Positions 18,545 through 27,597 are shown, numbered from the stretch's first letter. The stretch is DNA of 64,000 nucleotides from Eubacteriales bacterium (GCA_045657265.1 JAZOSU010000035.1:66777-130776); one strand, 5' to 3'. The notes: generated by a model not told the origin, from the sequence alone. Numbers and translations: made by a program.

Positions 18545-20896
18545 ATGGAGAAATTTTCTAAAAAAGCAGGCGCCGCGTTGCAGTCGGCGCAAGAAATCGC
18601 ATCGGAGCTTGGTCATACCTATATAGGCTCTGAACATATATTGCTTGGTATACTCAGACAAAACGAATGTGTGGCAAGTAGAATACTTTTGTCAAAAGGG
18701 ATAACCTACGATAAAATCTATACTCAGCTTGTTTCTCTTGTGGGAAAAGGCGTTAAAACAAGCCTGTCGGCATCTGATATGACTGCAAGAACAAGAAGAA
18801 TTATTGAACAGTCAATGATATTTGCTAAAAAATACGGGTTTACTGCCATCGGTACCGAACATCTTTTGCTGGGTATTGCAACTGAAACCGAGTGTGTCGG
18901 TATGCAGCTTATCAAAAAACAGGGTATTGATGCCAAAACTCTGTCTGCAACCGTTCGTGATAAACTTGGTCTTTATGAAATAACGGTAAGCAATAATAAA
19001 GAACCTAAGAAAGCTTTAAAATTTATACCAAAATACTCCCTTTGCTTAAGTGATCTTGCAAAAGCAGGGGAAATCCGCCCCTGTCTTGGGAGAGATGCCG
19101 AGCTTTCAAGAGTGATTTCTATTTTGTCAAGACAAAGTAAAAGCAACCCTTGTCTTGTAGGAGAACCGGGAGTTGGCAAAACCTGTATTGTAGAAGGTCT
19201 TGCTCTTTGTATAGCGCAGAATAAAGTACCGCCAAACCTTCAGTCAAAGCAAATCTATGCGCTTGACCTTACCGCTATGATTGCAGGGTCAAAATACAGA
19301 GGTGAGTTTGAAGAACGTCTTCATTCTGTTTTAGAAGAAGCGGAAAAACATCCCGAAGTTATTTTGTTTATTGACGAAATGCATATAATTATGGGAGCAG
19401 GAGCGGCAGAGGGCGCTATTGATGCGGGGAATATCTTAAAACCTGCTCTTGCAAGAGGCAGGGTAAAGCTTATTGGCGCTACCACCTGTAAGGAGTACAG
19501 AAAACACATCGAAAAAGACAAAGCGCTTGAACGCAGATTTGCCAAGGTTTTTGTTGACGAGCCTGATGCCAAAACGACTTATGAGATTTTAGAGAGCGTA
19601 AAACCCTCTCTTGAACAACATCACAGCGTGGAAATTGATAATTCGGCGGTGAAATGCGCCGTTAATCTTTCAATGCGGTATATCGGTGACAGATTTCTTC
19701 CCGACAAAGCTATTGACCTTCTTGACGAGGCGGCATCTGACCTGTATATCAAAAATATTCACAGTAACTCCGCAAAGGAAATTGAAAATATGCGGGAGAG
19801 GCTTGTAGGTTGTATCAAAGTAGGCGACTATGAAATGGCGGCGCAGCTTCGGGATATGATAAAGGAAAAAAGCGAACAAAAATCCACTCTTGTTCTGACT
19901 GATAAAGATATACAAAAAACTGTTTCTTTGTGGACGGGTATTCCTGTCAGCTCTTTTGAACAGAGTGGCAGTGAGATGCTGAAAACTTTAAGAAATGAAA
20001 TTAAAAACGAGATAATTGGACAGGATAAAGCGGTAGACACCGTCTGCGATGCGCTTATAAGAGCAGGTACAGGTCTTTCCGACCCTGCAAGACCACTTGC
20101 GTCTTTTCTGTTTTGCGGAACAACAGGTGTTGGAAAAACAGAGCTTTGCAAGGTTATATCAAAAAAACTCTACGGCGGTGACAAAGCGCTCATTAAACTT
20201 GATATGGCAGAGTTTATGGAACCTCACAGCGTATCAAAGCTAATCGGCGCGCCGCCGGGATATATCGGTCACGAAGATGGGGGAGCTCTTTGCGAAAGAG
20301 TTAGACTTCGGCCTTACAGTATTGTTGTTTTTGACGAGATTGAAAAAGCTCATCCCGAAGTTTTAAACCTCCTTCTTGCTATTTTGGACGAGGGAAGTCT
20401 TACCGATTCCCACGGACAGAGCGCAACTTTCAAAAATACGGTAATAGTTTTAACCACAAACCTTGGTACTGTCAGAGAAAGTAAAATGCAGCCTCTCGGT
20501 TTCGGTGGAGACAAAAACAGTTTTCTGAAAGAAAATATAACCGAAGCGGTCAAAAAAACGTTAAGACCTGAACTTATAAACAGAATAGACGAAATTGTGA
20601 TTTTTGACAGACTTTGTGAAAGCGACCTTGAAAAAATCGCACATATAAACCTTTATCAAATGCAGGAAAGACTGAAAATGAAAAATATTCAGGTTGATTT
20701 TGATGATTCGGTAGTTTCAATGATACTTGAAAACAATAACGGTGAATACGGCGCAAGAAATATCCGAAGAATAATATCCAAAAAAGTGTATAACCCTCTC
20801 GGCGCAAAAATTGCCGAGGGAATAGTAATAGCAGGAGACAGTATAACCCTTACAAGAGATTTTCTTGAAAATAAAATACCCGCCCAGACAATCTAA
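18545..20896 (+). CDS. clpC: ATP-dependent Clp protease ATP-binding subunit, ClpC type
   Basis: Two Clp_N repeats; D1 Walker A GEPGVGKT and Walker B ILFIDEMH; UVR-like GDYEMAAQLRD; D2 GTTGVGKT and VVFDEIEKAH; LGFG loop. Confidence 0.9.
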   Translation: MEKFSKKAGAALQSAQEIASELGHTYIGSEHILLGILRQNECVASRILLSKGITYDKIYTQLVSLVGKGVKTSLSASDMTARTRRIIEQSMIFAKKYGFTAIGTEHLLLGIATETECVGMQLIKKQGIDAKTLSATVRDKLGLYEITVSNNKEPKKALKFIPKYSLCLSDLAKAGEIRPCLGRDAELSRVISILSRQSKSNPCLVGEPGVGKTCIVEGLALCIAQNKVPPNLQSKQIYALDLTAMIAGSKYRGEFEERLHSVLEEAEKHPEVILFIDEMHIIMGAGAAEGAIDAGNILKPALARGRVKLIGATTCKEYRKHIEKDKALERRFAKVFVDEPDAKTTYEILESVKPSLEQHHSVEIDNSAVKCAVNLSMRYIGDRFLPDKAIDLLDEAASDLYIKNIHSNSAKEIENMRERLVGCIKVGDYEMAAQLRDMIKEKSEQKSTLVLTDKDIQKTVSLWTGIPVSSFEQSGSEMLKTLRNEIKNEIIGQDKAVDTVCDALIRAGTGLSDPARPLASFLFCGTTGVGKTELCKVISKKLYGGDKALIKLDMAEFMEPHSVSKLIGAPPGYIGHEDGGALCERVRLRPYSIVVFDEIEKAHPEVLNLLLAILDEGSLTDSHGQSATFKNTVIVLTTNLGTVRESKMQPLGFGGDKNSFLKENITEAVKKTLRPELINRIDEIVIFDRLCESDLEKIAHINLYQMQERLKMKNIQVDFDDSVVSMILENNNGEYGARNIRRIISKKVYNPLGAKIAEGIVIAGDSITLTRDFLENKIPAQTI

Positions 20897-20898
20897 TA

Positions 20899-20929
20899 AA
20901 AAAAGCTCTGAAATATCAGAGCTTTTTTC
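20899..20929 (+). terminator. rho-independent terminator after clpC (paralogous to 7148-7178)
   Basis: AAAAAAGCTCTGA-aata-TCAGAGCTTTTTT. Confidence 0.8.
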
Positions 20930-21016
20930 GTTTTGTACGTAAATTCACAAAATCTGTACGCTTTGTTCGAAAATAAATGAAATTTGATCGTTTTGTTCGC
21001 CGATTTTTGAAATATT
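20930..21016. repeat. second copy of the 30-bp-period iteron array (three units, the first degenerate)
   Basis: Cores end at 20939 (TTTGTACG), 20969 and 20999. Positions 20951-21013 are 62/63 identical to 7203-7265. Confidence 0.8.
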
Positions 21017-21331
21017 AAACGGAAATATACTTCATTCGTATGGTATAAACGAAAAAGGGAACATAGTAACAATACAAAAATTAAATATTAACACTATGGA
21101 ACTCACATCCTTTTGGGCGGTAGGCAATGTCTACCGCCTTTTTCTATGCTTGTACAAACCTCGGTCTATTGACCTTTTTGGCAAAAATAAAAACCGTGTT
21201 TTTATGCGTTATACACTAAAGGACAGTACAATAAGAAATTAAACGGATGTGTAGAAATTCATGCAGAACTTCCACACATCCGTTTTGTTATCTGAAAAAA
21301 TAATATATTAAGTTTTTGAGAATGGTATTTT

Positions 21332-21488
21332 GCGATATATTGCTTCGCAATTTGATATGTTTACCTTACTGTAAACGCGATATGATATAAATCCCATCTC
21401 GTCCGAATGACATATCGCACCGTTAGGTATATCGCAAATCCCGTAAGGGATTTATATCGCTGCGTTGTACCCTTAAGGATACAACGCA
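21332..21488. repeat. mirror-organised array of short hairpins punctuated by GCGATAT / ATATCGC anchors
   Basis: GCGATAT at 21332 and 21377; ATATCGC at 21412, 21429 and 21454. Intervening hairpins include ATTGC-ttc-GCAAT, GTTTAC-cttact-GTAAAC, AAATCCC-gtaa-GGGATTT, and GCGTTGTA..TACAACGC. Confidence 0.75.
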
Positions 21489-21515
21489 TAAAAATACGGT
21501 TTTTACATCTTTGTT

Positions 21516-22175
21516 TTAAATTTCAGGAACTATTGAGTGCTGATAACCAAGCACGATAAAGGTATCTGCGCTGTTTGAGTTTACGTTTACTCTGTTTGCA
21601 ATATTACCTACAACGATTTTTGCGTTGGGGAATATTTCAAGAAGTTCCTGTCCCAGTCCCTCGGTTGTTACGTAAATAGTAGTTGTGGGAACGGGAACAT
21701 CGGTTGAAAGACCGATATTTACTATTCTGTGTCCTTTCTTTGAAAGGAGAGCTGCATATGAGTTTGCAAGGTTTTCAACACCAAGGTTATTAACAAGAAC
21801 GATATTATATTTAAGTGAGTTCTGTCCGTTTGCGTTTTGTGAATCCTTGCTTGGAATGTATCCAAAGGTTGCGGTTTTTTTGGTAACGTTATATTTTGAA
21901 TCTTTGGTTACGTACAAAACACGCACTTTTTCGTTGTTATCTAAAGGGATGATTTTTTCTATACGGATATTCGCAGAAACGTCACCGTCTTCTTCGTCGG
22001 TTGCTGAAACTGCCTGCATAAGTATAGAAGTATCTGCGCCTTCTGCATAAACAACATTTTCATTAAGGATATTTATAACAGGCGCATGGTCTTCGGTGTG
22101 TTCAACTGCAAGACCGCAAAGCACAAAAAGACCGATAGCAACAATTAAAAGTATGGCAGTAGCTATTTTTTTCAT
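21516..22175 (-). CDS. membrane-anchored protein with Ig-like (DUF5011-like) and LytR_C domains
   Basis: N-terminal TM; DEEDGDVSANIRIEKI resembles DUF5011. The C-terminal NIVLVNNLGVENLANSYAALLSKKGHRIVNIG...TIYV resembles the LytR/CpsA/Psr C-terminal domain. No LCP catalytic domain is present. Confidence 0.6.
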   Translation of the reverse strand: MKKIATAILLIVAIGLFVLCGLAVEHTEDHAPVINILNENVVYAEGADTSILMQAVSATDEEDGDVSANIRIEKIIPLDNNEKVRVLYVTKDSKYNVTKKTATFGYIPSKDSQNANGQNSLKYNIVLVNNLGVENLANSYAALLSKKGHRIVNIGLSTDVPVPTTTIYVTTEGLGQELLEIFPNAKIVVGNIANRVNVNSNSADTFIVLGYQHSIVPEI

Positions 22176-22903
22176 TATTTATTCTCCTTTTTTCTTTTTT
22201 TACGTTTTTCGTATCCGTAACTTCTATAGTAATAATACTTACCGTAATATTTTTCATAGCCGTAGGAGAAATATTTATAGTCAACCATATTAAGAATAGA
22301 GCCAAGAACAGGTTTTCCTGTACGTTTAAGCTGGTCAATACATTCTCTGACGATTTTAGCGGCAGTCTTTTTAGCGCCGATTACCATAATTGAACCGTCA
22401 CAAACCGAAGCTATAACAGCAGGGTCAGTTGTTGCGGTGATAGGCGGAGCATCTATTATAATATAGTCGAAAGAGCCTTTGAGTACGGCAATTGCGTCTT
22501 TGAACATTTTTTTACTGAGAAGTTCAGCGGGGTTTGGCGGTGTGGGACCTGCAGGAATTACGTAAAGGTTAGGCACTTCTGTTGAATAGATAACGTCGTT
22601 AAGAATTGCCTGGTCTGACAGGAAATGTGAAAGACCGTTAGGGTTTGACGTCACTCTGTGTCTTGCCATAAATGTACTTTTACGCATATCAGCATCCACA
22701 TATACAACATTTTTACCGCTTTCTGCAAGTGAGTTTGCAATATGCCATGAAACTGTTGATTTACCTTCGTTTGCAATTGAACTTGTAAATACAATAGCTT
22801 TGATGTCAGAGCCTAAAAACATAATATTTGAACGAATTACTTTATATGCTTCTGCAAGGTTAAAGCTGTTGCACTGAACAATGTTCATATCAAGTCTTTC
22901 CAT
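22175..22903 (-). CDS. cpsD: CpsD/CapB-family tyrosine-protein kinase (BY-kinase catalytic subunit)
   Basis: Walker A SSIANEGKST; A' VVYVDADMRKS; Walker B IIIDAPP; C-terminal Tyr cluster YKYFSYGYEKYYGKYYYYRSYGYE followed by a basic tail. Confidence 0.9.
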   Translation of the reverse strand: MERLDMNIVQCNSFNLAEAYKVIRSNIMFLGSDIKAIVFTSSIANEGKSTVSWHIANSLAESGKNVVYVDADMRKSTFMARHRVTSNPNGLSHFLSDQAILNDVIYSTEVPNLYVIPAGPTPPNPAELLSKKMFKDAIAVLKGSFDYIIIDAPPITATTDPAVIASVCDGSIMVIGAKKTAAKIVRECIDQLKRTGKPVLGSILNMVDYKYFSYGYEKYYGKYYYYRSYGYEKRKKRKKENK

Positions 22904-23658
22904 TATTCATCAGCTCCTTCCTCGGTTTTATTGTCATTACTTTCATTGCGATGAGAATGATTTATCTCGTATATTTCTCTGTCATAAGGAATACTTCCGA
23001 GAGTTGTAACACCAAGTTTTTCTATTACTTCATCGGGTGATTTGATAGTGTCGTTTATAATATCAATTACCAGAACTACACAGAAACTCATAACAAGACC
23101 TACAAGGAAAGCAAAAACTGTAGCTCTTTTTGCGCCTGAGGTATGTTTAACGTTGGGAATCTGAGCAGCGCTTACAAGGTTAACGGCGTCAACGCCTGTA
23201 ACCTCAACGATTTTTTCACTTGCTTCTTCTCTGACTGAGTTTGCAATATCAGCCGCAAGATACGGGTCTTTGTGAGTTACTGCAATATCAATAATACGTG
23301 TATCTTCTCTTGCGGTAACTTTGATATATGATTTGAGTTTATTGACTGATATATCAAGACCGAGCTTATCAATTACAGGTTCCATAACGGTTGAGTTACT
23401 GATAATCTGTTCAATATCGCTTGTAAGCTGATGGGCAGTCTGAAGATCTGAATAGTTTACCGAAGTATTTGTAGCAGAGCTATCCATTATATAGATTTCG
23501 CTTGATGCTACGTAGTAAGCCGATTTGGTAATGGTACTGTATAGAAAAGCACAGAGAGCCAAAATAAGACTCACAAGAAATATAATCCACTTGTTCTGAA
23601 AATATGTAATTATAACGCTTCTCAGATTAATTTGATAAAGATTTTTTTGCTGTTCCAA
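22903..23658 (-). CDS. cpsC: Wzz/CpsC-type chain-length determinant (kinase transmembrane modulator)
   Basis: Two TM segments flank an extracellular domain; 251 aa; translationally coupled to cpsD. Confidence 0.8.
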   Translation of the reverse strand: MEQQKNLYQINLRSVIITYFQNKWIIFLVSLILALCAFLYSTITKSAYYVASSEIYIMDSSATNTSVNYSDLQTAHQLTSDIEQIISNSTVMEPVIDKLGLDISVNKLKSYIKVTAREDTRIIDIAVTHKDPYLAADIANSVREEASEKIVEVTGVDAVNLVSAAQIPNVKHTSGAKRATVFAFLVGLVMSFCVVLVIDIINDTIKSPDEVIEKLGVTTLGSIPYDREIYEINHSHRNESNDNKTEEGADE

Positions 23659-23669
23659 GCTGATTCCTC

Positions 23670-24380
23670 CTAAATGGGTTTATTATTTATAATCTGACGC
23701 GGATTAAAATTAAAAATCCGTTCCATTGTTTCTTTTCCGTATTTTTTCTCAATAAGAGATGCGCATTTATCGAGTTCCGGACTGCGTACGTCAGCATCGT
23801 GACAGTCAGATGCGATAAAATGCACAAGATTTTTTCCGAGCAGTTTTGCACAACTGCGTTTTGTAAAAAATCCGTTTTTGCCCACAACAGAACGGGCATT
23901 AAGCTGTATAAGTGCGCCGCTTTTTACCAGTTCTTTTATTTTTTCGGGTTTCAGACATTCGTATCTTTCTGCATGAGCTATTATGGGAAAATACCCCGTT
24001 GTAACTATACGTCTTATTGCCGAAAGCATTTCCGAATAAAAGGCAGATGGCATAAACTCTATAAGAACGTATCTTGAAGATGCAAGTGTCGGAAGCTGAC
24101 CGGTTACAACGCTTTCTATAGCCGACGGACTGTACAAAATCTCGCATCCGCCGTAAAAAGAAAGATTCGGAAACCTTTCTTTTATATGGGGAACAAGCTC
24201 TGCCATATGTTCGTTTGCTCTTTCGGTATCAATTCCCGCTTTCATATTATGTGGAGTAAAAAATACCGTGCGCGTACCTGAATTATATGCTTTTTCCAAT
24301 AGCTCAATGGAATCTTCCAACGTCCTTGCGCCGTCATCCATTCCGTATAGAATATGTGTGTGAATGTCTATAATATCCAT
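23670..24380 (-). CDS. cpsB: CpsB/YwqE-type PHP-family protein-tyrosine phosphatase
   Basis: MDIIDIHTHILYGMDDGA...FFTPH...AHAERY...SDCHD metal-binding pattern. Confidence 0.9.
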   Translation of the reverse strand: MDIIDIHTHILYGMDDGARTLEDSIELLEKAYNSGTRTVFFTPHNMKAGIDTERANEHMAELVPHIKERFPNLSFYGGCEILYSPSAIESVVTGQLPTLASSRYVLIEFMPSAFYSEMLSAIRRIVTTGYFPIIAHAERYECLKPEKIKELVKSGALIQLNARSVVGKNGFFTKRSCAKLLGKNLVHFIASDCHDADVRSPELDKCASLIEKKYGKETMERIFNFNPRQIINNKPI

Positions 24381-24495
24381 ATAGTATCCTCATTCATCGC
24401 ATACTTTAGATAATTATATAAAATTATTTTAATAATGTCAATGTATTTACTATTTGAAAGTTTAAGGATATAATATTAAAAAGGAGACTGATATT

Positions 24496-25092
24496 ATGGA
24501 TAAAAAAGCACTTTTTAAAATAGGCTACGGTCTTTATCTTGTAACAGCTAAAGATGATAATAAACAGACGGGGTTTATTGCAAATACCGTAATGCAGGTT
24601 ACGGATAATCCCCTCCGCGTTGCAGTATGCATTAATAAATCCAACTATACTTATGAAGTTGTTAAAAACACAGGCAAGATGTGTGTTAACTGTCTTGACC
24701 AGACGGCTCCATTCGGCATTTTTGAAATGTTCGGGTTTGTCAGCGGCAGAGACACTGATAAGTTTGACGGATTAACTCACGGTATTGCTTCAAACGGAGT
24801 TGCATATCTGAAAAGCTTTGTAAATGCAGTTATCTGTCTTGAGGTTGAAAACTTTATCGACCTTGACTCTCACGGTATGTTTATCTGCACTGTTACAGAT
24901 GCATTTACACAAAACGACAAACCAAGTATGACATACGACTATTACCATAAAAACGTTAAACCAAAACCTCAGAAAGTAAAAGGATACGTATGTAAAATAT
25001 GCGGTTACGTATACGAGGGCGACCCGCTTCCTGAAGATTTTATCTGTCCTTTGTGTAAACATCCTGCAAGTGATTTTGAAAGGATAGTATAA
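24496..25092 (+). CDS. flavin reductase domain fused to C-terminal rubredoxin (high-molecular-weight rubredoxin, Hrb-like)
   Basis: Flavin_Reduct-like N-terminus ([26 protein letters not shown]) and rubredoxin [10 protein letters not shown]...CPLCKHP. Confidence 0.8.
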   Translation: MDKKALFKIGYGLYLVTAKDDNKQTGFIANTVMQVTDNPLRVAVCINKSNYTYEVVKNTGKMCVNCLDQTAPFGIFEMFGFVSGRDTDKFDGLTHGIASNGVAYLKSFVNAVICLEVENFIDLDSHGMFICTVTDAFTQNDKPSMTYDYYHKNVKPKPQKVKGYVCKICGYVYEGDPLPEDFICPLCKHPASDFERIV

Positions 25093-25556
25093 TGAGACAG
25101 ACAGAGCTTGTAGAAAAACTTATACAAAAAGGCTACAGAATTTGTTTTGCCGAGTCCTGTACAGGCGGAATGCTCAGCTCGGCTATTGTTGACGTACCTG
25201 CCGCATCAAGCGTACTTGATATGGGGTTTGTCACTTATGCAAACGAAGCTAAAATGAAGCTTTTGGGAGTGTCCGAAGAATCTATAATACGCTACGGTGT
25301 CGTCAGCGAAGAGGTGGCAAGACAGATGGCTAAGGGCGCCGCAAAACAGTCGGGCGCAAACGTAGCAGTTGGAGTTTCGGGAATTGCAGGACCTACAGGA
25401 GGAAGCGATAAAAAACCTGTAGGGACGGTATGTTTCGGGTTTTATATAAACGGTGAGACTGTCACAAAAACCTGTCATTTCGGAAACCTCGGTAGAAATC
25501 AGGTGCGAAAAACCGCCTGCGAATTTGTAATTGACACTCTGCTTGAAATAATATAA
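25092..25556 (+). CDS. pncC: CinA C-terminal domain protein / nicotinamide-nucleotide amidase PncC-like
   Basis: FAESCTGGMLS...GVSGIAGPTGG...KPVGTV pattern of the CinA family. Confidence 0.85.
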   Translation: MRQTELVEKLIQKGYRICFAESCTGGMLSSAIVDVPAASSVLDMGFVTYANEAKMKLLGVSEESIIRYGVVSEEVARQMAKGAAKQSGANVAVGVSGIAGPTGGSDKKPVGTVCFGFYINGETVTKTCHFGNLGRNQVRKTACEFVIDTLLEII

Positions 25557-25561
25557 AAACA

Positions 25562-25596
25562 AAATCTCTCAACGTTGTTTTGTTGAGAGATTTTTA
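25562..25596. terminator. hairpin terminator, the same element as 15955-15989 in inverted orientation
   Basis: AAATCTCTCAAC-gttgtttt-GTTGAGAGATTTTT, between convergent genes. Confidence 0.85.
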
Positions 25597-25606
25597 ATTT
25601 GTATTT

Positions 25607-27259
25607 TTAACCTATATAACGCATTGGATTTTGTGGTGATCCGTTAATACGAAGCTCGAAATGAAGATGCGGTCCGCTGGAGTTACCTGTTGAACCGATT
25701 CTGCCTACCTGCTGACCTTGATATACCGTAGTTCCTACCGAAACGTCTATCGAACTCATATGAGCATAATAAGTAGTATATCCGTCTGAATGTTTTATTT
25801 TAACTGTTTTTCCGTAACCGCCTGACCAACCTGCGTATATTACAGTTCCTGCGGCAGATGCATAAACGGGTTTTCCGTGCGCTCCGCTCATTGTAAGGTC
25901 AACACCTGTATGGCCTGAATATCCTCTGTAAGAACAAGATGTATATCCGCCGTTTATAGGTCTTATGAATGTGCCTGTACCTGCAAGAGGTGAGGTTGTA
26001 ACGGGGAGAGCTTTTGTACCTACGTAGATTTCTTTTGTTACAGGTTCTCTTGTAACAGTTTCTTTTATGATTTTCTTTGAAACCTGAGCGCCGTCAACAT
26101 AGGTGATTTCTGCGGTTATTTCTTTTTCACCTTTCTGACCTGCTTTTTTGGTTTTAGTCTGTGTTTTATAAAGGGAACTGTCTTCAAATTTTTTAACGTC
26201 GTAGTCTATTTCTTCGGTATAGGTCAATGTTTTTACGATTTTAATACCGAGATAAACCTCAGGCTGAGAAATGTTTACTTTTCTGCCGGGTATAAGTCTT
26301 GTTTCGTCAAGCTCAGGGTTGAGAGCGTAGAGCTGAGATCTTGAAAGACCGGTGGCTTTTGAGATATCTGAAAGATAATCATCTTCCTGAATTGTGTAGT
26401 ATCTGGGGTTTGTTGAGCTTGAGAATTTAGCTCTTATTTCGTCTTCAGAATAGAAGTAAGAAGGAGCATAAATACCTTTTTTAACTTTTACGTCAGCAAC
26501 AAACTCGACGCTTTCGTTTTCAACACCTGTTTCGTAAGGCTTTTTAAGCTCGTCAAGAATGTTTGTAAGGGTTTTTTCACGTTCGGTTGCAGCAACAAGC
26601 TGACCGTCAACGTAAAGTCCGTAATGTTCGCCGATTTCTTCGCATACAATTTCGTAAACGTTATCGTAAATCTCGGTTTCTTCAAGCTTTTTCTTATCTA
26701 CAACCGCAAAAGAATATTCGGGAGTAGAAGACATTACGTAATTTTCACCGATAGAATTTCCCAGACTGTCTTCAACCTTGCTGACAACCTCTGAAAACGC
26801 ATTTTCGTTTGCAACGTATCCTGCAGTTTCACCGTTTACGGTTACTTTAAGGGCAAGTGCGTAAAATCTTGATGAAAACAAAACAGCTATAAGCGCAACG
26901 CTTGAAAGAGCGGGTGCCCAATAAGAAAAGTCTTTGACAAAGCTTTTGGGCAATATCATCACTATTTTTGTAGTGAAACGAATTGCTCTTGAAGAATAAA
27001 ATAAAACTTTTTCACCTGTACGGTATGTAAACTTAACCGACCAGATAAAAGCATTTATAAGTGAAATGAAAAATCTTTTAACATAGGTTTCAACCTTGAA
27101 ACCTACAAGGTAGATAAACTTAACAACTTTTTCACCTGTTACGTTTATCTCATGCAAAAACTCTTTGAATGAAAAGTGTTTTATCGCATGTCCCAGCTTA
27201 AAGCAGACTCTCAGAGCCGCTCTGAGCGGGAATAATAATACTCTTAAAAATAAATCCAT
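25607..27259 (-). CDS. M23 peptidase with LysM and G5 domains
   Basis: LysM YTIQEDDYLSDISKATGLSRSQLYALNP; G5-like TYTEEIDYDVKKFEDSSLYK...VGTK; M23 GHTGVDL and HLHFELRINGSPQNP. Confidence 0.9.
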   Translation of the reverse strand: MDLFLRVLLFPLRAALRVCFKLGHAIKHFSFKEFLHEINVTGEKVVKFIYLVGFKVETYVKRFFISLINAFIWSVKFTYRTGEKVLFYSSRAIRFTTKIVMILPKSFVKDFSYWAPALSSVALIAVLFSSRFYALALKVTVNGETAGYVANENAFSEVVSKVEDSLGNSIGENYVMSSTPEYSFAVVDKKKLEETEIYDNVYEIVCEEIGEHYGLYVDGQLVAATEREKTLTNILDELKKPYETGVENESVEFVADVKVKKGIYAPSYFYSEDEIRAKFSSSTNPRYYTIQEDDYLSDISKATGLSRSQLYALNPELDETRLIPGRKVNISQPEVYLGIKIVKTLTYTEEIDYDVKKFEDSSLYKTQTKTKKAGQKGEKEITAEITYVDGAQVSKKIIKETVTREPVTKEIYVGTKALPVTTSPLAGTGTFIRPINGGYTSCSYRGYSGHTGVDLTMSGAHGKPVYASAAGTVIYAGWSGGYGKTVKIKHSDGYTTYYAHMSSIDVSVGTTVYQGQQVGRIGSTGNSSGPHLHFELRINGSPQNPMRYIG

Positions 27260-27437
27260 AAATACTCCGTAAAAATATCAAATGTATATCAAAAAATTAC
27301 AAATTAGTAACAAAACTATTCATATGATACACCAACTTTGTAATAAAATCAAGAGTTTTTTTATTTTTTCCTATATTATTAATAATTAAAACAAAAACAT
27401 ACGACATATTGTGTCATATTAAAAACCGGTAATATTT

Positions 27438-27596
27438 TCAACCCCTCAGTCGCCTATGGTGACAGCTCCCCTTTATTTCAAATAAGGGGAGGCGAGGGGA
27501 AGTACAAACCAAAGCTCCCCTTATGCAAAGGGGAGCTGTCGAGCATCAGCGAGACTGAGGGGTTGACCTAAAGGGAGGCGAGGGAAAAGTGCAAAC
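27438..27596. repeat. GC-rich nested inverted-repeat element (REP/MITE-like)
   Basis: Outer arms TCAACCCCTCAGTCGC / GCGAGACTGAGGGGTTGA. Middle arms GACAGCTCCCCTT / AAGGGGAGCTGTC. Internal hairpins are present, and there is a 26-nt direct repeat AAGGGGAGGCGAGGGGAAGTACAAAC / AAAGGGAGGCGAGGGAAAAGTGCAAAC. Confidence 0.75.
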
Positions 27597-27597
27597 A

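Noticed and set aside
21332-21488. Possibility that the hairpin arrays are CRISPR arrays
   Set aside because: The constant unit is only 7 nt, and the variable parts (12-30 nt) are themselves palindromes. The orientation flips mid-array, and no cas genes are present.
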